DNA from: Candidatus Bathyarchaeota archaeon
Lineage (GTDB): Archaea; Thermoproteota; Bathyarchaeia; Bathyarchaeales; Bathycorpusculaceae
Direction of reading: 5' to 3'
DNA: 64,000 nt
Assembly: GCA_963833575.1 (NCBI GenBank)
Contig: CAWHXY010000004.1
Coordinates: 192,001 to 256,000, forward strand
Positions 37,796 through 47,971 of the stretch are shown one piece after another. The translations under genes and the position numbers were made by a program. The first letter of the stretch is position 1. Each line of letters starts with the position of its first letter. The notes beneath the pieces were generated by a model. That model searched no databases and was not told the origin of the DNA. It saw nothing but the letters and a program-made list of their open reading frames with translations.

Positions 37796-38227
37796 TTACT
37801 TCACATTGAAAACAAATCTATAACGGTCTTTACCAACCCTTTCAACCTTAAGAATCTCAAAATAGCCAATCTCGCCCGTGTTTTCGACATGCGGATCCTT
37901 GCAGGGGGTTTTGTCAAACCCTTCGATTTCAACGATTCTGACCGTTTCTATTGAAGAAGGCAATCTTGCCAGATCAAACTCTTTTTGCGCATCTTCCCTG
38001 TTCATAATATGTTTGCTTACCCGAAGGTTCTTCTTTATCACGACGTTGACGTCATCCTGCAGTGCTATCCTGTTAATATTCCTCAGATCTTCTTTGGTGA
38101 CAATTTCCATTTTTCCAAAGTTCTCATAGAACTTGGAAATGATGAATTTTGAATCGGGAAACCTGCTTTCCAAAATCCTTGAAAGAATGTGTTCGGCAGT
38201 TTGAAGTCTGCCTTCGATTGGCTTCAT
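37796..38227 (-). CDS. Stand-alone tRNA-synthetase editing (AlaX/SAD-like) domain
   Basis: QTAEHIL, VRIVEIEGFD..PCKDPHVENTGEIG. Confidence 0.8.
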   Translation of the reverse strand: MKPIEGRLQTAEHILSRILESRFPDSKFIISKFYENFGKMEIVTKEDLRNINRIALQDDVNVVIKKNLRVSKHIMNREDAQKEFDLARLPSSIETVRIVEIEGFDKTPCKDPHVENTGEIGYFEILKVERVGKDRYRFVFNVK

Positions 38228-38352
38228 AAGATTTTGTTGATACCAATTTCTATTTAAGAATTTAACCAAAACTTAAGCGGAGCTACAACATGAAATTCTG
38301 TGTCTTCTCTAAAAAGAAAAAGGGGAAATAGGGATTGTTTTATTGTTTGTTC

Positions 38353-40932
38353 TTACGACTTTTTTCTCAGTATTAGTAGGCCTACTATTGCGATTGCTAT
38401 GATTATGGCGACTACTGAAGCAACCATCCCAATAGATACGCCGGACATCGTTGCTAAGTCTAACGCAGGGGATGCTGTTGGAGCTTGGGTTGCCGAGGGG
38501 GCGCCTGCATAGAAAGCCGCTGTCGCTGAAGATCCGTAGTACGCTCCTGTCCCTGCGAAAGACGCTGTAACAGTGAAGCTGCCAGGTATGGTTGGTGTCC
38601 ACGTAAAGCTATAGAAACCGTTTGCATTGCTTGTTGCTGTGCCTATATCGTAGTGATTGCCATTGGAGTCAGTGACTGATAATGTAACTGGAACACCAGT
38701 AATGTTAGTTGGCATTGGCTGCTGTTCGTAGACTGCTTCCATGAACTGAGTCATGCTTGCATCGGAGACGCATGGAAGACCGTTCGGGAAGTTTGCCGCG
38801 ACTGCATTTTGCTGGGAACCTGCTGATGTGTCAGTGATTGAGCCGCTGATCACTATAGATGATCCGAAGGCTTGGGCGTTTGTAGTTGTTTTTGTTGGTC
38901 CCATACCGTAAGCGTATATCTGGTTGTCGTATCCGTTTAGAGCCATCAGGATGCCGTCTGCAACGGGTGTAACTCCCTCGTAGAACGAGTCTGTATTCCA
39001 AATTTCATTTCCAGTAGTGGCGTTTACGCAGTAGAGTTGTGCGCCTCTGAATATTGGGTCTCCATGGGTATCGCCAGTTTGCAGGTAGAGTTTTCCGTCT
39101 GCAACCGTCATTGAGGTGCCTTCAAATGGATAATAAGTGAAGCCGGGGAAATCTGCTCCGCTGTTAACTCCTTTAAAGTCCCATAAGTGCTGGCCTGTAG
39201 TAAGGTTGAAAGCGTGAACTCCGTCTGTAGATAGTCCATAAAGAATTCCGTAAGCGATTTGTGAATTTCCCGCGCTTCCTTCTGAACCCCATGGATCATT
39301 ATCAGGAGTAGTTGGACCCCAAACTTTGTTGCCAGTGTTAACGTCATAAGCATACCACTGTTCAGCTAAGGCATCGTATACTGTGTATATGCCGTTTGCC
39401 ATTGGTCCAATACTGTAAAGGTACCCTGTTGTAGGTCCAGAAGGCAATGTTCGGTTTTGCACCCATAATTGTTGTCCCGTCGTCGCGCTGTACCCCACTT
39501 CTGTAGTGTAGGTCTGTGTCGCGAAATAGCTGAATACTCCAGTTACGGTACTTGCAAGTATTACTCCCGAATTGACGCTTGCTATCGCCTCATCAGGATA
39601 AGTCTGGACAGTAACGTTCCATTGGACGCCAGTATTCCAGTTGAGAACTGCTCCTATTGGTGGGCTCCAAACCCAACTGTTTGAACTAAACAATGGAATC
39701 GGCGGCGTGTATCTGCCAAATGTTCCGATGCACTGGGTTGAGTTCCACATAGCAATCCAATTGGTGCCGATAACGTAATCTAGTATTTCACCGTTAGGTC
39801 CTTCGACAGTTATACCGCCGGTTGTTGCATTAGCAACTTGCAGTATCTTTTCGCCCGTGTTAGCATCATACATATCCCATGTGCTTGTGCCTGTGAACCA
39901 TAGGTAGGGGAAACCGCCTTCCATGTTAGGTGACAAGTAGTTGAACACTTGACCAATAGAAATCCCTGGATAAGCCCATCCTGTCACTAATCCACCCATA
40001 GGTTGGTACACTGGTTGCGTGCTGTTTTGCCACCATAACGTTTGTCCTGTTCTCAAATCGACCGCATAGAATCCTTCTCGAGGATTAGTAGGTGAATTGT
40101 AGTAGAGTACGCCGTTGATGATTATTGGCGGTTGGAACTCGGTTTGATATGTCTTTCCGGTGAAATAGTTGCTTGTGCTTGTTCCGCCGAATTCTCCACC
40201 GATTAAGCCTCCAGCCTCTAACGGCTTAGTCCACATTATATGAGAAGTATTAGGCGCAGTGGTGAAGGCGTTAAAGTTTCCTGTGGCATTGTAGTTTGTT
40301 GAACCGAAAGTGGACGCACCTTGTGCTAGCCAGTTTCCTGAAATAGAATACCACGCTTGATTCTGAGAATTGATCGGGCGAGTCCAATAACTTGTTGGGA
40401 ACGAAGACTGAGGCGAATTTGCTGCCGGCTGCTGCTGAACTGTCAGTGTGGTCGTGAAACTGCTCGTTGCATAGTAAACGTCAACTGGGGCCATACTAGC
40501 AGGCGCTATTCCAGTCACATGTTGGCCTGGAAAGATGAATTTGAAAGTGTAGTTACCGGTTTGATCTGGCGTGTAGTAAGCTAAAGCGAATGAAGCATCG
40601 TTGGCTGTGAAGGGCCCAATACTGCTTTTTGTACCGTCAGGTTTTGTAATATCTATGGTTAGATTTGTCCATCTGCTACCAACTAATCCGGATGCAGTCG
40701 GGTTAGGTTGCCCCAACCACATTTCTAGTGTTACCTGCTGACCGATTCCAACAGGGTTTGGCGAAACAGCAAGGTAAGAATTGGTAGGTAGAGGAGAGGA
40801 TGAAGTCTGCGCTTTTAAATTTGGAATAGCCGTCATCATTATGGAAACTGTCAAAAGCAGAATCAAAGCAACTGCAGATATCGTTTGTTTACCATGAATT
40901 TTAGCATTCTTTCTAAAGAAATAGATAGACAT
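38353..40932 (-). CDS. Secreted PQQ-like beta-propeller surface protein (paralog of 18927..21635)
   Basis: VSPNPVGIGQ, PTSYWTRPI, CVSDASMTQFMEAVYEQQPMP, TM + RKKS. Confidence 0.9.
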   Translation of the reverse strand: MSIYFFRKNAKIHGKQTISAVALILLLTVSIMMTAIPNLKAQTSSSPLPTNSYLAVSPNPVGIGQQVTLEMWLGQPNPTASGLVGSRWTNLTIDITKPDGTKSSIGPFTANDASFALAYYTPDQTGNYTFKFIFPGQHVTGIAPASMAPVDVYYATSSFTTTLTVQQQPAANSPQSSFPTSYWTRPINSQNQAWYSISGNWLAQGASTFGSTNYNATGNFNAFTTAPNTSHIMWTKPLEAGGLIGGEFGGTSTSNYFTGKTYQTEFQPPIIINGVLYYNSPTNPREGFYAVDLRTGQTLWWQNSTQPVYQPMGGLVTGWAYPGISIGQVFNYLSPNMEGGFPYLWFTGTSTWDMYDANTGEKILQVANATTGGITVEGPNGEILDYVIGTNWIAMWNSTQCIGTFGRYTPPIPLFSSNSWVWSPPIGAVLNWNTGVQWNVTVQTYPDEAIASVNSGVILASTVTGVFSYFATQTYTTEVGYSATTGQQLWVQNRTLPSGPTTGYLYSIGPMANGIYTVYDALAEQWYAYDVNTGNKVWGPTTPDNDPWGSEGSAGNSQIAYGILYGLSTDGVHAFNLTTGQHLWDFKGVNSGADFPGFTYYPFEGTSMTVADGKLYLQTGDTHGDPIFRGAQLYCVNATTGNEIWNTDSFYEGVTPVADGILMALNGYDNQIYAYGMGPTKTTTNAQAFGSSIVISGSITDTSAGSQQNAVAANFPNGLPCVSDASMTQFMEAVYEQQPMPTNITGVPVTLSVTDSNGNHYDIGTATSNANGFYSFTWTPTIPGSFTVTASFAGTGAYYGSSATAAFYAGAPSATQAPTASPALDLATMSGVSIGMVASVVAIIIAIAIVGLLILRKKS

Positions 40933-41080
40933 TTCTCTTTTCTTCCTTTTTTCTTGTAAGTTTCAAATTGTAGGTTATTGCTTTTAAAAAGAAGCAAGCA
41001 AGACTCTTGCTTTCAGAAAAATTTTAAAGCTTCTGAAGTCTTAATTATATATAGGCAACATAGGGTTTATTGGAGAGAGG

Positions 41081-41914
41081 ATGATGCTTCAGGTTGAAGA
41101 TATTCAGACTCTTACAGGATTTGGGCTCACTTTTCTTCAAGCGAAGGTTTACCTAACTTTAGTCAGATCTGGCAGTAGTACGGTTAAAAAGATTGCAGAA
41201 AGGACAAACATTGCTCGGCAAGAAGCCCAGCGAGTGGTCAGTGAACTACAAAGTATAGGTCTAGTAGAAAAATTGCTTGTTAATCCGACAGAATTTAAAC
41301 CCGTTCCCATAAAAGACGGCGTTAGGTTTTTGATTAGCCGCAGAGAAAATGCATCCATAGAACTTCAGCAGAAGGCAAATATTCTGCTTAAAAATTTCGA
41401 AAGCAGGGGTCAAGAAATTATAGAAAACGAAACCGAGCGCACTCAGTTTATTATCGTAAGCGGAAAAGAAGCTATTATAAGAAAATCAAGAATGGTTGTT
41501 GACAGAACAGAAGAGTCATGCAATATTATCGGTGGCTTGTGGAAGAATGTGGGTTATTCAAGCTCCATTTTTAAAGAGGAAACCACTCAAGCGTTAAAAC
41601 GGCATGTAAAAATCAGAATTGTTGCAGAACAAGTTCCTGAAATACAAGCAGTCCAAAAAAGCTATGAGCATTGTATTGAAAATCAGGATTTTGAAATCAG
41701 GTTTGTTTCAACCTCAATTCCTACAATGTTGGGAATATACGATAGAAGAGAGCTCCTTGTTAATACTTCGACTGAAAAACGCATAGGTGACTGCCCTATG
41801 CTGTGGACAAATAGTCCTGCCCTCATAGCGGTAGCCCAGGCTTATTTTGACAAAATGTGGAACCAAGAGGCTTCGCTTCTTCAGCATTATTCTGAAAACA
41901 TCGTAATAGTGTAA
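41081..41914 (+). CDS. TrmB-family transcriptional regulator
   Basis: GLTFLQAKVYLTL..LQSIGLVEK..P..FKPVP; YFDKMW. Confidence 0.9.
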   Translation: MMLQVEDIQTLTGFGLTFLQAKVYLTLVRSGSSTVKKIAERTNIARQEAQRVVSELQSIGLVEKLLVNPTEFKPVPIKDGVRFLISRRENASIELQQKANILLKNFESRGQEIIENETERTQFIIVSGKEAIIRKSRMVVDRTEESCNIIGGLWKNVGYSSSIFKEETTQALKRHVKIRIVAEQVPEIQAVQKSYEHCIENQDFEIRFVSTSIPTMLGIYDRRELLVNTSTEKRIGDCPMLWTNSPALIAVAQAYFDKMWNQEASLLQHYSENIVIV

Positions 41915-42076
41915 AAGTATGTTAAAAGTGCAAAATAAACTATTAAATAACAATAGAGAATCAGAAATTTACATTATTACACAATTTTATCACGCACAGT
42001 CGAACCTTTTTTTCCAAATTAGAATTCTCTAGCTTGTTTTAAATATTTAAACGCACTAATTATTATGTGGGGATAA

Positions 42077-42274
42077 ATGTTGCTGGAAGTAGAACGTCCA
42101 TGCTTCAAAAATTTCCCTGATGAATGCATAGAATGCCCTGAATACCGCGAAACAAGGCCAGATCAGGCTTCGCAACTCATATTTTTTCCAGGGATGACGT
42201 ATGTGCCAGAAACGCCAAGAATCGTCAAAGAATGTAAACGATATCACAAACGCAAAGTTGAATACCTAATATAA
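42077..42274 (+). CDS. Small Cys-containing hypothetical protein
   Basis: C..CIECPE..C; TTTAAATA box upstream. Confidence 0.5.
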   Translation: MLLEVERPCFKNFPDECIECPEYRETRPDQASQLIFFPGMTYVPETPRIVKECKRYHKRKVEYLI

Positions 42275-42388
42275 AAAATCTCAACAACGCGAAATCAGAC
42301 ACGGTCAAAGTTGACACAAAAAGTAATTTACCAGGGAAAAGAGTCGATTTCCACTTGACTTCTTAAATCAGAGCCTTTTTTCTTCATT

Positions 42389-43609
42389 TCAAGCATGTTG
42401 TTTCGCTGCATCTTGCGAGTGCCCACTTTTTCGCATTGCAAAAATCGCTTCGGTTTCAGGCCCACCCAATTCAGTTGATACTAGCTTTAGTTTTTCAGGG
42501 ATTGAAATATGCTGTGGACAACGTTCCATGCATTTCTTGCATTCTTTGCATAATGAAGCATCAGACCGTTTTCCTGTTAGGCCACCCATTAATATCATGG
42601 CATACATTGCACGTGATCTTTGTTCGTCGCCAAACATGTAATAATCATTGTAGATTCTGAAGCTGCTGGGTATGTTCACGCCATAGGGACAGGGCATACA
42701 ATATTGGCAGCCTGTACATGGAACCTTCATTAGACACCTAAAAGATTCAGCCACATTCTTGATAACAGTTAGCTCGCTGCGTTTCATTGAGCAAGGCAAA
42801 GCGGTTTCAGCTGCCTTAATGTTTTCGGCAACGTGGTTTTCATCGTTCATTCCAGAAAGCGCTAAAGTTACTTCAGGGTGATTCCAAACCCAGCGAAGCC
42901 CCCACTCAGCCGGAGACCTTTGAATTTTAGCGGCATCATAAAACTGCTTTACTTTATCCGGAAGCTTGTCTGCTAGCGTTCCTCCCCTGAGTGGCTCCAT
43001 AATCATAACTGCAAGATTCTTTGAGGTAGCATACTTCAGCCCCTTAGTTCCAGCCTGTAAGTTCTGATCCAAAAAATTATATAATATTTGACACATCGCC
43101 CAATCATAGGTATTAACGATCTCTTTGAAAGTTTTAAATGAACCGTGAAACGAAAAACCTAAGTTGACGATCTTTCCATCAGCTTTTGCTTTTTCCAAAA
43201 ATTCAAAAACGCCAAAGCCAAGCAGTTTTTTCCAAGATTCTTCTTCGAGCCCGTGGAGAAGGTAATAGTCTATGTGGTCTGTTTGGAGTTTTTTAAGTTG
43301 TAAGCTAAGCATTTTATTCATATCTTCGGCCTTGCCGAGAAGAAAAGGCGTGAGTTTAGTGGCTATCTTCACTTTTTCTCTGTAGCCGCCGAGCAGAGCT
43401 TTTCCAAGAACTTTCTCGCTCTCGCCGCCATGATAGGGTGGAGCTGAGTCAACATAGTTTACACCATTGTCGATGGCGAAGCGGATTTGATTTATAGCAC
43501 GTTCTTCATCAACATTTTCTCCCTTTAATGGCAAACGCATTGTGCCAAATCCAAGGACAGATAACTTATCTCCATTTTTTGGAACGGTTCTATATTGCAT
43601 TGCAAACAC
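42389..43609 (-). CDS. Aldo/keto reductase with C-terminal 4Fe-4S domain
   Basis: LGFGTMRLP, IDYYLLH, GFSFH, MEPLRGG, CTGCQYCMPCP, CKECKKCMERCPQ. Confidence 0.93.
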   Translation of the reverse strand: MFAMQYRTVPKNGDKLSVLGFGTMRLPLKGENVDEERAINQIRFAIDNGVNYVDSAPPYHGGESEKVLGKALLGGYREKVKIATKLTPFLLGKAEDMNKMLSLQLKKLQTDHIDYYLLHGLEEESWKKLLGFGVFEFLEKAKADGKIVNLGFSFHGSFKTFKEIVNTYDWAMCQILYNFLDQNLQAGTKGLKYATSKNLAVMIMEPLRGGTLADKLPDKVKQFYDAAKIQRSPAEWGLRWVWNHPEVTLALSGMNDENHVAENIKAAETALPCSMKRSELTVIKNVAESFRCLMKVPCTGCQYCMPCPYGVNIPSSFRIYNDYYMFGDEQRSRAMYAMILMGGLTGKRSDASLCKECKKCMERCPQHISIPEKLKLVSTELGGPETEAIFAMRKSGHSQDAAKQHA

Positions 43610-44130
43610 CTACATCCAATTAACCATTAACGTTTTAAGTGGTTTATCAATTTGCAATTAACCAAATAACTCTTAAAAGCATTTTCTGTAGATGTGTTTT
43701 ATCAATAATATTTCAATAGGTCAGGCGAGAGAAATTAGAAAAATTCCTTTATTTGCATAGAAGGATGATACCAGCGCCAAATTGCTTCAGCAACTTTTTC
43801 CGAGTATCCATGATCGGTTAATTTGCTAAATACTTGGTCTGATTTGTACCCATTCTCATTCTTCGGGTTCATGTTTTCTTCGTTATCTAATTTTCATATA
43901 AATATTCTGAATCTAAGCTTAACTTGTAGACTTGTACGACACAAATACAATCAACACTTCATCTATCGGGGGTAAACATGTCCAGACGTTTTAGATGACT
44001 ATCCGTTTCATTTCTTAATCGGATTAATTTTTAGAAAATAAGAAATCCTTCAACGGTAGTCAAATGAATATATTTTTTACTACGCACATATCGTTAATTC
44101 TGTTTTTAGATTAATACAAAGACGATCGGT

Positions 44131-44424
44131 ATGAGACGTTCCAAACTAGAAATGTACGTTGACATCCTCAGTGTTTTGGCTCACAGAGGACCGTTAAAAC
44201 TAACACACGTTATGTATAAAGCAAATGTTAACTGCAGTGTCCTCAAAGAGTATCTTGATTTTCTCATGAAACAGGGCTTAGTGGAAGAACGCACCATAAG
44301 GAAACAACGTACTGTCTACGCTGTTACTCAACGGGGAATAACAGTTCTGAAATACTTTAAAGAACTAAAACAGGTTTTACCTATAGTAGAGGAAGCAAGA
44401 AACCAAGCATCAATTCCCTACTAA
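44131..44424 (+). CDS. Archaeal winged-helix regulator (HTH_45/DUF4364-like)
   Basis: MRRSKLEMYVDIL..THVMYKANVN..YAVTQRG. Confidence 0.88.
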   Translation: MRRSKLEMYVDILSVLAHRGPLKLTHVMYKANVNCSVLKEYLDFLMKQGLVEERTIRKQRTVYAVTQRGITVLKYFKELKQVLPIVEEARNQASIPY

Positions 44425-44560
44425 AACGACAAAACGCCTATTTCTTAACTTATCCATTTCTTGTAGTTTTTTCCGACTGGAATTAGTTGAAAAAGCTCGT
44501 TATATCCTTAGAAAAGCTTATCCTTAGAAAACTAATATTGTTATTTATAAGGTCAAAACC

Positions 44561-45037
44561 ATGAAATCGTTGGTTGTTTATTATTCAAGAAGTGGTAACA
44601 CTAAATTTGTAGCTCAAAAGGTAGCTGGGAAACTCGGTGCGGACATTGAAGAGGTTGTCGACAAGAAAGACAGACACGGGTGGATTGGGTTCTTAAAAGG
44701 TGGACGCGACGCAGGCCAAGGCAAAGAAACCGAAATTGAAGAAACAAAGTTTCTGCCCGACAATTATGATTTGATTGTTGTTGGGACTCCAATATGGAAC
44801 GGGAGACCTACGCCGGCAATAAGAACATATTTGAGCAAAAACGATATTTCAAAAAAGAAAGTAGCCCTTTTCTGCACGTTAAACGGAACTAAAGAAGACA
44901 AAGTTATCGCAAACACAAAGGCGCTATTACCCAACAACAATATCGTAGGCACACTTGCAATAAAAAAGGTACTGAAAAATCCACAAGAAGCTGAGAACAT
45001 GGTTTCTGCCTGGTGCAGCAGCCTTATTTCGACTTAA
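44561..45037 (+). CDS. Flavodoxin family protein
   Basis: VVYYSRSGNT, VGTPIW, ALFCT. Confidence 0.92.
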   Translation: MKSLVVYYSRSGNTKFVAQKVAGKLGADIEEVVDKKDRHGWIGFLKGGRDAGQGKETEIEETKFLPDNYDLIVVGTPIWNGRPTPAIRTYLSKNDISKKKVALFCTLNGTKEDKVIANTKALLPNNNIVGTLAIKKVLKNPQEAENMVSAWCSSLIST

Positions 45038-45131
45038 ACGCACCTCTATATCTTGCAAACCAAAAAACCGTTGGACCGCGAAATCTTTAATAAATTTTTG
45101 CGATAACAAAAAGCAAGATGGGTTGTAGGCT

Positions 45132-45743
45132 ATGTGGGTTGAACTAGCTGATGAAACTGTAGTAAAAAGGACTATTGAAGCTCTTGAAGGCAGAGGCGTT
45201 CATGTTGAGCTTTTGAACACCAAAGAAGATGCTTTGAAGAGATTGACAGAATTTATTCCTTCAGGAGTCGATGTAATGACTGGCAGCTCCACCACACTTA
45301 ATGAAATTGGTTTTGTTGAACTTTTGAAGTCAGGCAAACACCCGTGGAATAACCTCAAAGACAAAATAGTTTCGGAAAAGGATCCTTTGAAACAAGCTGA
45401 ACTTCGCAAGAAAAGCATCCTTGCTGATTATTTTTTAGGCAGCGTCCATGCGGTTTCACAAGCTGGAGAAGTAGTTACTGCAAGCAATACTGGTAGCCAA
45501 TTGGCTCCTTACGCTTTTTCGTCAAGTAATGTGGTTTGGGTTGTGGGTACACAGAAAATTGTTTCTAGTGTAGAGGAAGGGCTCAGGCGAGTGCGTGAGT
45601 ATTGTCTACCTCTTGAAGACAAACGAATGAAGCAGGCTGGATTCAAAGGCTGTTCAATAGGTAAAATCCTGATATTTGAAAAAGAAACGTTACCCTTCCG
45701 GAAAGTCACTCTATTTTTTGTGAATGAAAAATTGGGATTCTGA
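45132..45743 (+). CDS. LUD-domain (lactate utilization-like) protein
   Basis: GSSTTL, DYFLGSVHAV..G, VVGTQKIV. Confidence 0.87.
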   Translation: MWVELADETVVKRTIEALEGRGVHVELLNTKEDALKRLTEFIPSGVDVMTGSSTTLNEIGFVELLKSGKHPWNNLKDKIVSEKDPLKQAELRKKSILADYFLGSVHAVSQAGEVVTASNTGSQLAPYAFSSSNVVWVVGTQKIVSSVEEGLRRVREYCLPLEDKRMKQAGFKGCSIGKILIFEKETLPFRKVTLFFVNEKLGF

Positions 45744-45829
45744 TTAAAGCAATGGCGTAGCTTCGCAAAAAACAAAGGAATCAGCGGCAAACACCACTTT
45801 TTAAACAACCCAGATTTGACCAAAATCGA

Positions 45830-45965
45830 CATTTTCGCCGTTTTCCAACTTTTAACGCCGATTACCGCCGCTTAACACCGCAATCTGGAAACAAATCAAA
45901 CGCTGATTCAAAAAAACAATCCAAAACAGACAGTCCAGAAATAGCAATTCCAACTGTTGTTGTTC
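45830..45965 (+). repeat. Dispersed element copy E (CGCCG 10-bp array)
   Basis: CCG at 45838/58/68/78, CAATCTGGAAAC at 45881, TGTTGTTGTTC end. Confidence 0.8.
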
Positions 45966-46015
45966 ATTCAGAAAAAAAAATCAAACCAAAAGTTAACAAG
46001 AATTATGATTACATC

Positions 46016-46172
46016 TTTTGATGTTGGTTGACGATCGTTGACGTATTTTGACGAATAGCGACGACTGTTGACGAATATTGACGTAGCCTGCAAACATTAC
46101 AATCCCCAAACCCAAAAAACAATCTAAACCCGTTTGATTAAAAATTGCAATTTCATCTGTTGTTGTTCTTCT
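46016..46172 (+). repeat. Dispersed element copy F (TTGACG 10-bp array x6)
   Basis: ACG at 46031..46081 every 10 nt, CCTGCAAAC, TGTTGTTGTTCTTCT. Confidence 0.9.
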
Positions 46173-46295
46173 AAAGAATAAGAGTTTTTTTGCTCAAATA
46201 AAAGAATGGGAAGCTGAGCTCCTCATGTCTCTGGTTAGTTTAAGTATCAGTGAACATATAAAATACAATTCAAAAATAGTTTGGAACTTTAACTG

Positions 46296-47543
46296 GTGAA
46301 CATTTTGAGAATCGGCTTCTTTGTTTATGAATATTCACCAGCAATTGTTGGTGGCTTAGGGACGTATGCTGAAAATGTAACACAGGAATATGTTGACATG
46401 GGACATGACGTTTCAGTTTTCACATTAAATTTTGGGGGGAATCTGAAAACCAGAGAAATCCTAAGAGGTGTGGAGGTTCATCGTCCATTAATTGCTGATG
46501 CGAGCAACGTTTTTCCATTTTTCGTGGTTGACGATTTAAAGAAATGGGGAACTAACATAAAATTCTTCAATGACATTTTCATGTACAATATTCTCAGCGC
46601 GACTAAATTCATCAACGGCTTGATAAAAAAAGAGAAGTACAATTTTGACGTTGTGTGCGTACACGATTGGCTAAGCAGTATTTCCGGTCTTGTGATAAAG
46701 AACGAAACAAAAATCCCAGTGGTCTTTCATACACACAGTACGGAATGGGGAAGAAGCGAGGGTAAGGGATCGGAAGTGGTGTCGCATTTTGAAGATGCGA
46801 TGGCTCACAACTCAGACAGGCTAATCACCGTCAGCTACGCCATGCAACAAGACTTAATTAAGCATGGTTGGCCGTCATCAAAAATAAGCGTAGTCTGGAA
46901 CGGAGTCGACCCTGACCGCTACAACATGGCAAAATGCAAACCCGAGGACATAGCAGCAATTCGCGAAAAGTATAGCGTTCCAAAAGATTGGAACATGCTT
47001 CTGTTTGTGGGAAGGCTATCTTGGGTAAAAGGCGCTAGAAACCTTGTGTTAGCAATGCCCTCTGTCCTAAAGGAATACCCTAACACCAAACTCGTAATTC
47101 TAGGTAAAGGGGATGAACAAATAATAACTGAAGCTGCCTACAGGTTAAACATAACAAACAACGTAGCTTGCCGCTTTGATTTTGTGTCTGAACCAGAGAG
47201 AATCCTGCATTACGCCGCTTCCGACGTATGCATATTTCCATCTGTCTACGAACCATTTGGAATTGTGTCCTTAGAGGCCATGGCAATGGAAAAACCAGTG
47301 GTCGTAGGCGCACGCGGTGTAGTAGGTTTTAAAGAGCAAGTACTAAGCTCCGGCCCTGACCAGAACGGTGTGCACATAAATGGCGAAGATCCTCTCGACA
47401 TAGCCTGGGGAATAAAAGAGACCTTGCGAAACCCCGAAAAAGCCAGAAAATGGGGTGAAAACGGACGCAAAAGAGTAATAGAATACTTCACATGGCACAA
47501 AGCTGCGGACGAGACACTAAAAATCTACGAATCGCTAATCTGA
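46296..47543 (+). CDS. GT4 glycosyltransferase (probable glycogen synthase)
   Basis: EYSP..VGGLG, HDW, HSTEWGR, PSVYEPFGIVSLEAMA. Confidence 0.88.
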   Translation: MNILRIGFFVYEYSPAIVGGLGTYAENVTQEYVDMGHDVSVFTLNFGGNLKTREILRGVEVHRPLIADASNVFPFFVVDDLKKWGTNIKFFNDIFMYNILSATKFINGLIKKEKYNFDVVCVHDWLSSISGLVIKNETKIPVVFHTHSTEWGRSEGKGSEVVSHFEDAMAHNSDRLITVSYAMQQDLIKHGWPSSKISVVWNGVDPDRYNMAKCKPEDIAAIREKYSVPKDWNMLLFVGRLSWVKGARNLVLAMPSVLKEYPNTKLVILGKGDEQIITEAAYRLNITNNVACRFDFVSEPERILHYAASDVCIFPSVYEPFGIVSLEAMAMEKPVVVGARGVVGFKEQVLSSGPDQNGVHINGEDPLDIAWGIKETLRNPEKARKWGENGRKRVIEYFTWHKAADETLKIYESLI

Positions 47544-47640
47544 AAAGATTAAAGACTGCACCAGAATAATCAAGCGTCCTCTAATAGACTAATAAGAATG
47601 TCTTACCTTAACAGTAGATCAATCCCAAGGTAGATGTTTT

Positions 47641-47937
47641 ATGCCAGTAACAATTGGTTCACTATTCAGACGAATTGTTAAAGAATTGAAGACGAAAGAC
47701 GACAACCCAAATAGCTGCTTAAACAATCCAAAAAGCGACTTCTATAACCCAAATCACGACATCAACAATCCATGCAGCGACATCAACAACCAAAATAGCG
47801 GAATCAACAATGCGTCAAATAACCAATACAACAAAGAACTGCGAAGATGCGCTCTGCGAGAACTCATAAATTTGTATTTGTCTGACTATCTGTCTACTTA
47901 CCAAACAGAGAAGCCCGTTGCAGAGTATATCCCATGA
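47641..47937 (+). CDS. Small Asn-rich protein with 7-aa (NNP.SDI) repeats
   Basis: 21-nt tandem repeats. Confidence 0.5.
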   Translation: MPVTIGSLFRRIVKELKTKDDNPNSCLNNPKSDFYNPNHDINNPCSDINNQNSGINNASNNQYNKELRRCALRELINLYLSDYLSTYQTEKPVAEYIP

Positions 47938-47971
47938 AATCATTAAGCACTAAGTAAAACAAGGTTTTTTG

